From the NCBI GenBank assembly GCA_963422375.2, contig OY729428.2:736001-800000 (forward strand): a DNA stretch of 64,000 nt, read 5' to 3'. The DNA comes from Bryobacterales bacterium (GTDB lineage Bacteria > Acidobacteriota > Terriglobia > Bryobacterales > UBA6623). A program made the translations under genes and the position numbers. Shown in pieces: positions 31,065 through 40,714 of this stretch; the stretch's first letter is position 1, and each line of letters begins with the position of its first letter. Under the pieces are notes generated by a model, which saw only the letters and a list, made by a program, of their open reading frames with translations, was not told the origin of the DNA and made no database searches.

Positions 31065-32054
31065 ATGCCACATCGATTCCTGGCGCCGATCGCGCTCGCG
31101 GCATGCATGGCGCCCGTCGCGGCACCCGCGGAGGGCGACTGGACGCCGTCGCGCACGCCTTGGGGCGACCCCGACCTGCGGGGGGTCTGGACGAACGAGA
31201 CGATCACGCCGTTCGAGCGTCCCGTCGACCAGGCGAAGAAGGAGGTCCTCTCGCCCGAGGAAGCCGCGCGGATCGAGGAAGGCGTGGCGAGGCGCCGAGC
31301 AGCGTCCGACGGCACGTCTCCGCCGGGCAGCGTCGGCGGATACAACCAGTTCTGGCTCGATTCGGGCACGCAGTACCTCCCGAGCCGGCAGACTTCGCTG
31401 GTGGTGGATCCGCCGGACGGAAGAGTGCCCACGAGACCCTCGGCCGAGGCCAAGAGAGACTACAACCGCGCTCGGCAAGGCGAATCCTACGTGCATATGA
31501 GCGTCTGGGACCGCTGTATTTCGCGCGGCGTGCCGGGGTCGATCTTCCCGGCCGGATACAACAACGCCTACCGAATCCTGCAGACCCCCGAATACGTGGT
31601 GATCCTGTACGAGATGATCCACGACGCGAGGGTCATCCCGCTGGGCGGCAGCCCGCACGTCGACGACCGGATTCGGCTGTGGATGGGCGACTCGCGAGGC
31701 CGCTGGGACGGCGACACGCTCGTCGTGGAAGTGACGAACTTCACCGACAGGGGCTGGATCGCTTCGAACTCGGCGTCCCGCCGGATCAAGGGCATACCGC
31801 AGACCGAGGACCTGCGGGTGGTGGAGCGATTCACGCGCACGAGCGAGGACACGATCCACTACGAAGTCACCATCGAGGACCCGGAAATCTATACGAGGCC
31901 TTGGAAGATCGCGATGCCTCTTGCGCGCGACCCAGAGTACGTGCTCTACGAGTACGCCTGCCACGAGGGCAACATGGCGGTGGAACTTATTCTGGGAGGC
32001 GCGCGCGCCGAGGAGCGCGCGGCGGCCGGGCAAGCCGGGGAGGGAGGCCGGTAG
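31065..32054 (+). CDS. Exported hypothetical protein, paralogue 3 of the PDLxGxW / two-Cys family
   Basis: SD AAGGAG, signal peptide, TPWGDPDLRGVW, RCISRGVPG, GDSRGRWDGDTLVV, EYACHEGN. Confidence 0.82.
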   Translation: MPHRFLAPIALAACMAPVAAPAEGDWTPSRTPWGDPDLRGVWTNETITPFERPVDQAKKEVLSPEEAARIEEGVARRRAASDGTSPPGSVGGYNQFWLDSGTQYLPSRQTSLVVDPPDGRVPTRPSAEAKRDYNRARQGESYVHMSVWDRCISRGVPGSIFPAGYNNAYRILQTPEYVVILYEMIHDARVIPLGGSPHVDDRIRLWMGDSRGRWDGDTLVVEVTNFTDRGWIASNSASRRIKGIPQTEDLRVVERFTRTSEDTIHYEVTIEDPEIYTRPWKIAMPLARDPEYVLYEYACHEGNMAVELILGGARAEERAAAGQAGEGGR

Positions 32055-32214
32055 CCACGCGCGGAGACCCGACGGCGGTCTCCCGAGTGCGCTCGGATCC
32101 GCTGCGACCCGGCGCCTTGGAACGGGCGGCGCCGGACGTGCCGGTGTCGGTTATCGTAAGCTGTATCGCGTCGCCCGGCACCGAGAGACTGAAGGGAAAC
32201 AAGTTGGAGCATCC

Positions 32215-32577
32215 ATGTCACGCCCGTCGAAACGAGACGTACCCTACATCGATCCACGCGTGGACCATGTCGGCGTGGAGCGCCTGAACGAGGTCAACCC
32301 AGCCAAGCTGAAGCGCCTTAGGACGACGTGGGTGGTCCGCGAGGGCGACACGCCCCTGGCGGTGCTCCTGCCCTACCGAACGTTCCTCCGCATCCAGAGC
32401 ACGATCGAGGAGTTGGAGGCCTCGCTCGAGGAATTTACGGACGATTTCGATCCGTTCCTCGACGATGACTTGAATCTTCCGCTCGCCGTGGAGAGGTTCG
32501 ACGATCCCAGCTCACATAGCGCGACGGGCCCCCAGATCGTCGCCAAGGCCCCGTCGCACGAAAAGGAGCAGGGCTAG
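32215..32577 (+). CDS. Small hypothetical protein, possibly Phd/YefM antitoxin-like
   Basis: GGAG before ATG; VVREGDTPLAVLLPYRTFLRIQSTIEEL resembles the Phd core; acidic tail. Confidence 0.5.
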   Translation: MSRPSKRDVPYIDPRVDHVGVERLNEVNPAKLKRLRTTWVVREGDTPLAVLLPYRTFLRIQSTIEELEASLEEFTDDFDPFLDDDLNLPLAVERFDDPSSHSATGPQIVAKAPSHEKEQG

Positions 32578-32903
32578 GTTCGGCTGGAGACCGGATCGAG
32601 CACGCGACGATTCGCTCCGAGGCGGATACCTGCCGCGCGCTCCGGGGACCCGCGACCGCCCGATGAATCCCTTGGCCCGGTCGCGGCGAAGGTCGCCTGC
32701 CCCGTCCTGCCGAGCCCCGAGCCTTCGTCGGCCATGCCGACGTAGCGACTCGACGGCCGACCCTCGCGCCCGCTCGGAAACGGGCACCTGCCGGTCGCGT
32801 CGCCGGTCCTGCCGACGCGAGCGCGCGACGAAGCGAACGCATTGCCGACCCGCGTTCGGGGGCGCGAGCCGGCACCTTCTCCTATCCCGCCCGGAGGCGG
32901 AGA

Positions 32904-35750
32904 TCAGCTGCAGCCCGAGGTCGAGCCGCAGTTCGGGCAGCGGTAGCAGTTGCCGTTCACCGTCATGATCGACCCGCACTCGGCGCACAGCGGCCCGTCG
33001 ACCGGCGTCACTTGAAACGGAAGCGTCTGCTGCGGGTCGGGAACCGTGACGGCCAGCTTGGCCGTCACCCCCACCTCGCTCGTCGCGTAATCCGGCGATA
33101 TGAACTTCGATCCCATCCAGCGGAAGATGTAGTCGGTGATCGACTTCGCGTAGTGGATGTCCTTGTTGTTGGTCCAGCCGCTGGGCTCGAACCGGACGTG
33201 CTGGAACTTTTCGACCAGCGTCTTCAGCGGCACGCCGTACTGCAGGGAGAGCGAAACCGCGGTGGCGAAGTTGTCCATCAGGCCGCTGATGGTGGACCCT
33301 TCTTTCGACATCCGAATGAAGATCTCGCCCGGCGTCTTGTTGTCTTCGTAGAGGCCGGCCGTGATGTAGCCTTCGTGCCCGCCGACCGAGAACTTGTGCG
33401 TAAGCGACTGGCGCTCGTCGGGCAGCCGCCGACGCAAGGGCCTCTCCGTGGCGGAGGCTCCCGGAGCCTTGCCGTCGCCTGACTGGCTGCCGACATTGAG
33501 CGGCTGGACCGCCTTGGAGCCGTCGCGGTAGATGGCCACTGCCTTGAGGCCCAAGCGCCAGGCATCCATGTACGCAGCCGCGATGTGCTCGACGGTCGAG
33601 TCCTCGGGCATGTTGATCGTCTTCGAGATCGCGCCCGAGATGAACGGCTGGACCGCCGCCATCATCTTCAAGTGCCCGCTGTAGTGGATGACCCGCTCGC
33701 CGTTCTGCACTTTGAAGCTGCAGTCGAAGACCGGCAGGTCCTGCTGCTTGAGCGCGGGCGCACCCTCGATCGTCTCGGTCGAATCGATGTGGCCGATGAT
33801 CTGATTGGCTAGGTCGGCGCTGTAGCCCATCCGCTCCAGCGCCTCGGACACGGTGTTGTTGACGATCTTGATGACGCCCCCCCCGACCAGCTTCTTGTAC
33901 TTGACGAGCGCCAGTTCGGGCTCCACGCCCGTGGTGTCGCAGTCCATCATGAAGCCGATGGTGCCGGTCGGGGCGATAACCGTCACCTGGCCGTTGCGGT
34001 AGCCCACCTCGCCGCCGAGCCGGTACGCCTCGTCCCAGACGACCTCCGCGCACTCGCGCAAGTCAGCCTGCACGCCCTCGCGGCGGAGGCCGCGGGCCGC
34101 GGCGCGGTGCTTTCGAATCACCTCTAGGAACGGCTCCCGGTTGCGCTCGAAACCGGCGAACGCGCCCTTGGCTTCGGCGATCCGCGCGCTCGTCAGGTAC
34201 GCCTGGCCGCACATGACCGCAGTGATCGCACCCGCGATGCTGCGCCCCCGGTCGGAGTCGTACGGCACGCCCATCGACATCAGCAGAGCGCCGAGGTTGG
34301 CGAAGCCGAGACCGAGCGGACGGTAGTCGTGCGAGTTCTCCGCGATGCTGGCGGTCGGGTAGGCGGCGTTGTCCACCAATATCTCCTGGGCCAGGATGAT
34401 CGTGGCCACCGCCCGCCGGAACGAGGCTACGTCGAACTGCCCGTCGCGCAGCTGGAACTGCTTCAGGTTCAGCGAAGCCAGGTTGCAGGCCGAGTCGTTC
34501 AGGAACATGTATTCCGAGCACGGATTCGAGGCGTCGATGCGCGCCGTGGCCCTGACAGGGTTCCAGGCGTTGATGGTCGTGTCGAACTGCATCCCGGGAT
34601 CGCCGCACCGATGAGCGGCTTCGGCGATCTCCCCCAGCAGGTCCTTCGCCCGATGCCTCTCCTTCGGCTGCCCGCTGAGCACCGAGCGCGTCCACCAGTG
34701 CTCGCCCTGCGCGGCCGCGCGCATGAACCCGTCGGTCACGCGCACCGAGTTGTTGGCGTTCTGGAAGGCGATCGACGAGTACGCTTCGCCGTCGATGGCG
34801 CCGTCGTATCCGTTGTCGACCAAGACGCGGGCCTTCTTCTCCTCGCGCGCCTTGCACCAGATGAAATCCCTCACGTCCGGATGGCTGATGTCGAGAATCA
34901 CCATCTTGGCCGCGCGCCGCGTCTTGCCGCCGGACTTGATCACGCCCGCGAACGCGTCGAAGCCCTTCATGAAGGACACCGGCCCGGAGGCGCGGCCGCC
35001 GCCCGCGAGCCCGGCGTCGCTTTCGCGGATCTTCGAGAGGTTCGTGCCGGTGCCAGAGCCCCATTTGAAGAGCATGCCCTCGGTCTTCACCAAGTCGAGG
35101 ATCGACTCGAGGGAGTCCTCGACCGAGTTGATGAAGCAGGCGGAGCACTGGGGCCGGTGCTCGTCCGGGTTAAGCGCCGTCACCCTGCTCGCGGCCTCGT
35201 CCCACGCCCAGCCGTAGCCGCGCGACTCCTTGAGCACGCCGACGTTGAACCAGACTGGGGAGTTGAAGCTGGCCTTCTGCGTGAGCATCAGGTGCGCCAG
35301 GTCGCTGCGGAAGCTCTCGGCGTCGCCCGAGGCTCGGAGATAGCCCCCGGCCAGGCCCCAGTCGGCGATCGTGTCGACGACTCTGCGGACCAGCTGTCCG
35401 AGGCTGCTCTCGCGGTCGGCGCTGCCGACGGTGCCGTGGAAGTACTTGCTCGCGACGATATTGGTCGCCGTCTGGGACCAGCTGCGCGGCACCTCGACGT
35501 CGTTCTGCTCAAAGACGGTGTTGCCTTGGGCGTCGGTGATGACCGCCGTTCGCCTCTCCCACTCGAGGGAGGAGTAGGGCGTGACTCCCTCGGGGAGGTC
35601 GCGGGTGAAGTACCGTTCAAAGGAAAGGCCCGGCACCGAATCGAGACTCGGACCAACGGCTGACGGAATGGCCCGGTTCCTCAGCCTAGCGACACTCGGC
35701 AACGGTGGCGCTACAGCTGCTTCAAGACTCACACGATCTTCAAGACTCAC
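32904..35750 (-). CDS. nrdJ: Vitamin B12-dependent class II ribonucleotide reductase
   Basis: FNSPVWFN, QCSACFI, SNPCSEY, CNLASLN, IAPTGTI, TSCPD-like domain and C-terminal Zn ribbon ending GCS. Confidence 0.96.
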   Translation of the reverse strand: MSLEDRVSLEAAVAPPLPSVARLRNRAIPSAVGPSLDSVPGLSFERYFTRDLPEGVTPYSSLEWERRTAVITDAQGNTVFEQNDVEVPRSWSQTATNIVASKYFHGTVGSADRESSLGQLVRRVVDTIADWGLAGGYLRASGDAESFRSDLAHLMLTQKASFNSPVWFNVGVLKESRGYGWAWDEAASRVTALNPDEHRPQCSACFINSVEDSLESILDLVKTEGMLFKWGSGTGTNLSKIRESDAGLAGGGRASGPVSFMKGFDAFAGVIKSGGKTRRAAKMVILDISHPDVRDFIWCKAREEKKARVLVDNGYDGAIDGEAYSSIAFQNANNSVRVTDGFMRAAAQGEHWWTRSVLSGQPKERHRAKDLLGEIAEAAHRCGDPGMQFDTTINAWNPVRATARIDASNPCSEYMFLNDSACNLASLNLKQFQLRDGQFDVASFRRAVATIILAQEILVDNAAYPTASIAENSHDYRPLGLGFANLGALLMSMGVPYDSDRGRSIAGAITAVMCGQAYLTSARIAEAKGAFAGFERNREPFLEVIRKHRAAARGLRREGVQADLRECAEVVWDEAYRLGGEVGYRNGQVTVIAPTGTIGFMMDCDTTGVEPELALVKYKKLVGGGVIKIVNNTVSEALERMGYSADLANQIIGHIDSTETIEGAPALKQQDLPVFDCSFKVQNGERVIHYSGHLKMMAAVQPFISGAISKTINMPEDSTVEHIAAAYMDAWRLGLKAVAIYRDGSKAVQPLNVGSQSGDGKAPGASATERPLRRRLPDERQSLTHKFSVGGHEGYITAGLYEDNKTPGEIFIRMSKEGSTISGLMDNFATAVSLSLQYGVPLKTLVEKFQHVRFEPSGWTNNKDIHYAKSITDYIFRWMGSKFISPDYATSEVGVTAKLAVTVPDPQQTLPFQVTPVDGPLCAECGSIMTVNGNCYRCPNCGSTSGCS

Positions 35751-35755
35751 GCGAT
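35720..35755. repeat. 18-bp tandem duplication spanning the nrdJ start
   Basis: CTTCAAGACTCACACGAT followed by CTTCAAGACTCACGCGAT. Confidence 0.8.
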
Positions 35756-35866
35756 GCCCCTTTCAACTCTCGGGATTCGAAAGCTCCCACCCAAGCACCA
35801 AGCGGAACGTCTCGTCAGCACGCCGCACGGCACATGCACACTGCCTTGTGACGCAGGCCAAGGATG

Positions 35867-35882
35867 CGCCTAAATGTTGTAG
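35867..35882. promoter_or_regulatory. Putative NrdR box upstream of nrdJ
   Basis: CGCCTAAATGTTGTAG fits the core of acaCwAtATaTwGtgt; a weak second box starts at 35836, 31 bp away. Confidence 0.45.
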
Positions 35883-36134
35883 CGCAGTTTACCAAAAAAA
35901 GTTTACCAAGAGCCATAAGAGATTACAACAACCGTGAGGACCCGCAGGAGCGAGAAATTCTTCCCGCTTACGGCGGGTTCGCGGAACTTGGCGCCGCCGA
36001 CGGGTCCATCGCGGACGAAAACCGCCCGAATCTCGGGGCCAGCGCGCGAGAAGCGGGGCGATGCCCCTACTGCCCGGGCCTCGCGGACCGCGCCAAGACA
36101 TCCGAAGACGGATCGAGCCTAGGGCGGGCTCGGT

Positions 36135-37343
36135 TCAGGCCCATATCGACTGCGTCGCCTCGCGGCCGAGCCGCGCCTCGCCGCTCTGCACGATCGCGAA
36201 TCTCGTGCAGATCGGCCCCACCATCTCGTACACCACGACCGCGGACAGGACAATCGTCGAGATCTCGCTGTAGTAGCCGGGAAACTGGCGGCTGATCGTC
36301 ATGACGAGCCCGACAGCCAAGCCGGCTTGCGTGAGCAGCCCGAATCCCAGGAAGTGCTGCACCTGCGCCTCCATGCGCAGGCGCCGGCTGCCGAGCCACG
36401 CCCCGACGAACTTGCCGCCCCCGCGCGCGAGCACGTAGCCGATCCCGATCGCTCCGATCATCGCGACCCGGCCGACGTCCAGTTCGGCGCCGGCCAGCAC
36501 GAAGAAAATGGCGTAGAAGGGCGGGTCGGTCCCCGCGAGCGTCCGGAAGAGCCGTCGGCTGCGCCGCGAGAGGTTTACCATCGTGGCGCCGACCGCCAGG
36601 CTGGCGATCAGCGGCGACAGGTCCAGCAGCCGCGCCACGCCCACGCAGAGCAGGATCGAGCCGGCCAGCAGGATTAGCATTTCCCCGGTTTCGCTCACGT
36701 GGCGGGCCCAGCCCGCCAGCATCAGCCCGGTCAGCAGGCCCAGCGCCACCGAGCCGGCCAGCTGCCACACCAGCGGGAAGCCCGTCCGGAAGACGGTCTC
36801 CCCGAGGCTCTGCTGCCCCCAGCCGGCCACCAGGTCGACTACGGCGGCGCACGTCAGGTAGGCGATCAGGCACACGATGTTGTTTACCGCGATGATGCCC
36901 AGCAGCGCGTCGCTGAGGGGCCCGCGGGCGTTGCACTCCCGCAGCACCATCAGGGTGGACGCCGGCGCCGTGGCGATCGACACGGCCGCGAGAAGCAGGG
37001 AGACCTGCCATTCCAGCCCCAGGACCAGCATGACGGCGAGCACCGAGCCGGCGGCGAATATGGACTCGACCAAGGTCAGCCGCACGATCTTGCGCCCGAT
37101 GCGCCGCACGAGGCTCGCCTCGAAGACCGCTCCGATCGAGAACAGGATCAGGCCGAGCGCGACCTCGCTGAGCGCCTCCAGCGCGTGAATGTTCTCGTGG
37201 CTCAGCCACCCGAGCACGGACGGCCCCAGCGCCATGCCGGCAAGGATGTAGCCCGTCACCTCGGGAATCCGGAGCACGCGCACCAAGTGCCCCGACAGCA
37301 GGGCGAGCAGCAGGATCAGCCCCAGCGAGGAGAGTTCATTCAT
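36135..37343 (-). CDS. Cation:proton antiporter (CPA2-like)
   Basis: IPEVTGYILAG, ILFSIG, ATAPA, QAGLAVGL; about 12 hydrophobic segments. Confidence 0.88.
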   Translation of the reverse strand: MNELSSLGLILLLALLSGHLVRVLRIPEVTGYILAGMALGPSVLGWLSHENIHALEALSEVALGLILFSIGAVFEASLVRRIGRKIVRLTLVESIFAAGSVLAVMLVLGLEWQVSLLLAAVSIATAPASTLMVLRECNARGPLSDALLGIIAVNNIVCLIAYLTCAAVVDLVAGWGQQSLGETVFRTGFPLVWQLAGSVALGLLTGLMLAGWARHVSETGEMLILLAGSILLCVGVARLLDLSPLIASLAVGATMVNLSRRSRRLFRTLAGTDPPFYAIFFVLAGAELDVGRVAMIGAIGIGYVLARGGGKFVGAWLGSRRLRMEAQVQHFLGFGLLTQAGLAVGLVMTISRQFPGYYSEISTIVLSAVVVYEMVGPICTRFAIVQSGEARLGREATQSIWA

Positions 37344-38595
37344 CGGGCTCCACCAAGGTGCCCCAGGCCCGCCCGCGGCGCTCCATGACAACGAATACCG
37401 GACCGGCGGCGGCGAGGGCGGCCTCGAGGGCGGCGCGCGACCGCGGGCGCTGCAGGTTGACGCTCAGCAGCCGGTCACCCGGGCGCGCGCCCACCCGCTC
37501 GGCCAGGCTGCCGCGGACCGCGGCATCGACCGCGAGGCCCTCCGCGCCGGCCACGAAGCCGCGCGACACGGCGTCCGCCCCGGCCATGGGACGGGCCAGC
37601 ATGCGCACCGTCTGCCGCCGCCCCGCCCGCCAGACCATCAGCTCGCGCACTTCGCGGGACACCGGCAGGAGCAGGCCCTGCAAGTCGGACAGCGACTCGA
37701 CCGGGACGCCGTCGAGGGCGAGGATCAAGTCGCCCGGAACCAAGCCGGCCTCGAGTGCCCGGTAGCCCCACCACGTCTCGCTCACCAGCACGCCGGAACC
37801 CCGCCCGAAGAACCGCAGCTGCGCCTCGGTGGCCTCCTCGGCGCGCAGGCCGTAGCGCCTGGCCAGACGGTCTTGGAACGTGGGCTCGGACCGGGCCTTC
37901 GTCTCGAGCGCTCCCGCTTCGGCCGCCAGCGGAGTTCCCGCGCAATCGAGAACGATCGCCACCAAGCCCCCGTCCAGCGAGAAGATGCCGGATCCCGGCT
38001 GCATCGCGCCGAAGTCGAAGTTGGTCTGCACCTCCGTGAGCTCGAGGTCGCCGCAGCGCGCGTCCGCCACGCCGAAGAGATTGCCCGGTACGTACCGCAG
38101 CCCGCCGGAGCGGGATCTCCATGCCGCCAGCAGCCACGCTCCGCGCGCGTACAGGCGGACGGGCCTGCGGTCGCTGACGGCCGCGTCGAGCGGCGCTTCA
38201 AGGAGCACGTAGGGAAGGTTCGGAGCGGCCCGCACGGTCTTGAGCGCGACCTCGCGGCTGCCGAGAGCCGTCCTGTCCGCTGCGGGGAACGGTCCCAGCC
38301 GCGAAGACGTCACCACCTCGCCGGCCTGCCAGACCACGCCGCTCTGGCCGGTGCCACCGAGCAGAACTACGCTCTCCTCGACCTGCGACGCGATTTCGGC
38401 GAAGTAGTCCGCGACGCGCTCGACATCCCTGCGCTGCGCCAGGCGCTCGAGCTGCAGCAGGTCGCCGGCGACCCTGGCTGGGGACGATTCGCCCTGCTCG
38501 TCCCCGGGCCGGATCAGGGCTCCGGCCACAAGGATCAGGAAGCTCGCCGCCGCGAGGATGGCGATGTACTTCGGGTCGATTCTCGGGCGCGGCAT
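37336..38595 (-). CDS. Membrane-anchored protein with degenerate trypsin-like domain and two PDZ domains
   Basis: N-terminal TM; GVLVSE...AGLVPGDLILALDG and AERVGARPGDRLLSVN PDZ motifs; protease motifs altered. Confidence 0.7.
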   Translation of the reverse strand: MPRPRIDPKYIAILAAASFLILVAGALIRPGDEQGESSPARVAGDLLQLERLAQRRDVERVADYFAEIASQVEESVVLLGGTGQSGVVWQAGEVVTSSRLGPFPAADRTALGSREVALKTVRAAPNLPYVLLEAPLDAAVSDRRPVRLYARGAWLLAAWRSRSGGLRYVPGNLFGVADARCGDLELTEVQTNFDFGAMQPGSGIFSLDGGLVAIVLDCAGTPLAAEAGALETKARSEPTFQDRLARRYGLRAEEATEAQLRFFGRGSGVLVSETWWGYRALEAGLVPGDLILALDGVPVESLSDLQGLLLPVSREVRELMVWRAGRRQTVRMLARPMAGADAVSRGFVAGAEGLAVDAAVRGSLAERVGARPGDRLLSVNLQRPRSRAALEAALAAAGPVFVVMERRGRAWGTLVEPDE

Positions 38596-38614
38596 GCGAC
38601 GCTCGGAGACCGCG

Positions 38615-39808
38615 TCAGGTCGGGGCCGGATCCCCGCTGAACCGGTATTCGCCAACCAGCGCCATCAAGGACGCGAGCGCGGCCATCAGGCAGACCAGCA
38701 CCGCTAGGAGCGGGTATCCTCCGTCGGCGGCGGCGAGCAGGCCGGCCGACCATCCCGCGAGCAGGGCGGCCGCGACGAACGCATTGACGGCCCGCGCTGT
38801 CCAGCGGCAGCGAACGAGCGTCGCCGGCCACTGGACCAGGGCCAGCGTGAGAGCGAGCAGCGCCCCCGTCCCGAAGCCGAGCAGGGGAGCGCCCAGCCAA
38901 GCCGCGACAGGCCGCTGGCCAAAGAACAACGCGACGGCGCCGACGCAGGCGATCCCCGCGAGGCAGCCGAGCGCGAGAACCCCGTCCGTGGCCCGCGGCA
39001 AGCGTCGCGATACCACCAGCCCTAGGACGAGCGCGAGCCAAGCCGCCGCCAGGACGAGGGCCCCTTCCGGAAGCGACAGGCCGTACCCGCGTGCGAGGAG
39101 GACCGGCAGCCAGCACGCGGCGATCCCGCAGGCCGCCGCCTGGCAGAGCAGGCTCGCCGCGAACAGCGCTCCCCGGGGCCCCGTCCCGGCAGACGGTTCG
39201 GGCCTTCGGGCCGGCAGCGCTGCCGGCTCGAGGCGCGCCCGGCCGGAGTGGATTGCCAGAACGGCTAGAAGTGCCGGTACAGCCGCCGCCAGCGGCCCGA
39301 GCAGGCTCGCGGAGCGTGCGGACGCAAGGACCCATGCGAGCAGGCTCGCCGACAGTCCGCCGGCGGCGGCGCTCACCCCGCCGAGCGCCAGCAGGGACAG
39401 GTCGCGCCCCGGCCTGCGCATGCCCCGCAGGAGTCCCATCAGCAGCCGCCAGCAACCCGCGGTAGCCATCCCGACCACGAAGGGCAAGGCGTACTCGAGG
39501 GCGGCGGCATCGTGGAAGGGCAGCACGATCAGCGCCGCGGCGCTGATCGCGCCGAGGGTCGCAAGGCCGCCTCGCGCGAGCGGTCCGGGCAGAGTCCTCC
39601 TAGCGAGACGCCGACCGGGCAGGGCCGCCAGGCAGGCCCCGGCGGCGGCGATGCCCGCCGCCTCGCTCTCGCGCAGCAGCGGAGCGGCGAACGGGAAGAG
39701 CAAAACGCCGAGGAAGCCCATGCCCAGCCCTAACGCGAAGAGGGACAGGACGACCAAGCGCACGTGCGTAGGGCCGGGTGTCCGCGTGAGACGGCCCGCC
39801 CCGTTCAT
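38615..39808 (-). CDS. MFS-like multi-pass membrane protein
   Basis: 397 aa with about 12 hydrophobic segments in a 6+6 arrangement. Confidence 0.6.
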   Translation of the reverse strand: MNGAGRLTRTPGPTHVRLVVLSLFALGLGMGFLGVLLFPFAAPLLRESEAAGIAAAGACLAALPGRRLARRTLPGPLARGGLATLGAISAAALIVLPFHDAAALEYALPFVVGMATAGCWRLLMGLLRGMRRPGRDLSLLALGGVSAAAGGLSASLLAWVLASARSASLLGPLAAAVPALLAVLAIHSGRARLEPAALPARRPEPSAGTGPRGALFAASLLCQAAACGIAACWLPVLLARGYGLSLPEGALVLAAAWLALVLGLVVSRRLPRATDGVLALGCLAGIACVGAVALFFGQRPVAAWLGAPLLGFGTGALLALTLALVQWPATLVRCRWTARAVNAFVAAALLAGWSAGLLAAADGGYPLLAVLVCLMAALASLMALVGEYRFSGDPAPT

Positions 39809-39890
39809 GTTTCCAGTCTAGCAACGGCTCCCGGGCGGCCGGACGCTTCCGCCCGGAAGGGCACCTTCGCGGCCGCGGTCGGTCCGCGTT

Positions 39891-40673
39891 TCACTCCCCG
39901 TCGGCGCTGGAGCGCAACCGGTCCGTCAGAGACCTCACGGCCCCCCACAGCAGCGCCGCTTCCGTCGAGCAGCCGACCAGGCGCATCCCGCGGCGGATAT
40001 AGAATTCCGCCAGCCCGCCGTCCCGGACCTGCATGGCCGGCCAGAGCCCCCGCTCCCGGCAGGCGGCGATCACGCGGTCCACGGCGCCGACGAGCTTCGG
40101 GTGGCGCCACTGCCCGCCCACGCCGAGAGAGATCGACAGGTCCGCCGGCCCGACCAGCAGCGCGTTCAGCCCCGGCACCGACGCCAGCTCGTCCAACCGC
40201 TCCAAGGCCCGCTGGGACTCCACCTGGGCGATCAGCAGCGTCTCGCTGTTGCAGTGCTCGATAATGTCGTCGAAGCTGGCCGAGCGATAGCCGATCTGAG
40301 GCGGGCCCAGTCCGAACCCGCGGTGCCCGAGCGGCGGGAATTTCGCGCCGCGCGCGGCATGCGCCAGCTGGTCGGGATCCTCGCAGCGCGGGAAGATGAT
40401 GCCTTCCGCTCCCGAGTCGAGCGCCCGCGCCACCAGATCGTATTGGAAGTCGCAGACCCGCACCACCGCCGTGATGTCCGTCATGCGGTACGCCCGCACC
40501 AAGTCGTGCAGGGTGTCGGTGGAGAACGGGCTGTGCTCCGAGTCCAGAAACACCCAATCTAGATCCGCTGCGCCGAACATCTTGGGAATTTCGGCAGTAG
40601 GCAGCTGGGCATGAGCGATGCCGACCGCGATCCCGCCCTGCTCCAGAATCCGCTTGGTCTTGTTGGGACGCAT
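39891..40673 (-). CDS. HpcH/HpaI aldolase family protein
   Basis: DWVFLDSEHS, RALDSGAEGIIFP, FPPLGHRG, QVES, VGPADLS. Confidence 0.9.
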   Translation of the reverse strand: MRPNKTKRILEQGGIAVGIAHAQLPTAEIPKMFGAADLDWVFLDSEHSPFSTDTLHDLVRAYRMTDITAVVRVCDFQYDLVARALDSGAEGIIFPRCEDPDQLAHAARGAKFPPLGHRGFGLGPPQIGYRSASFDDIIEHCNSETLLIAQVESQRALERLDELASVPGLNALLVGPADLSISLGVGGQWRHPKLVGAVDRVIAACRERGLWPAMQVRDGGLAEFYIRRGMRLVGCSTEAALLWGAVRSLTDRLRSSADGE

Positions 40674-40714
40674 CGCTCCAACTCTATCGCAGGGGTTGCC
40701 GGGACGGCGCCCGG

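Noticed and set aside
32904..36130. Intein in nrdJ or a cobalamin riboswitch upstream
   Set aside because: Length and motif spacing are normal with no splice-junction motifs, and no B12-box was recognised.
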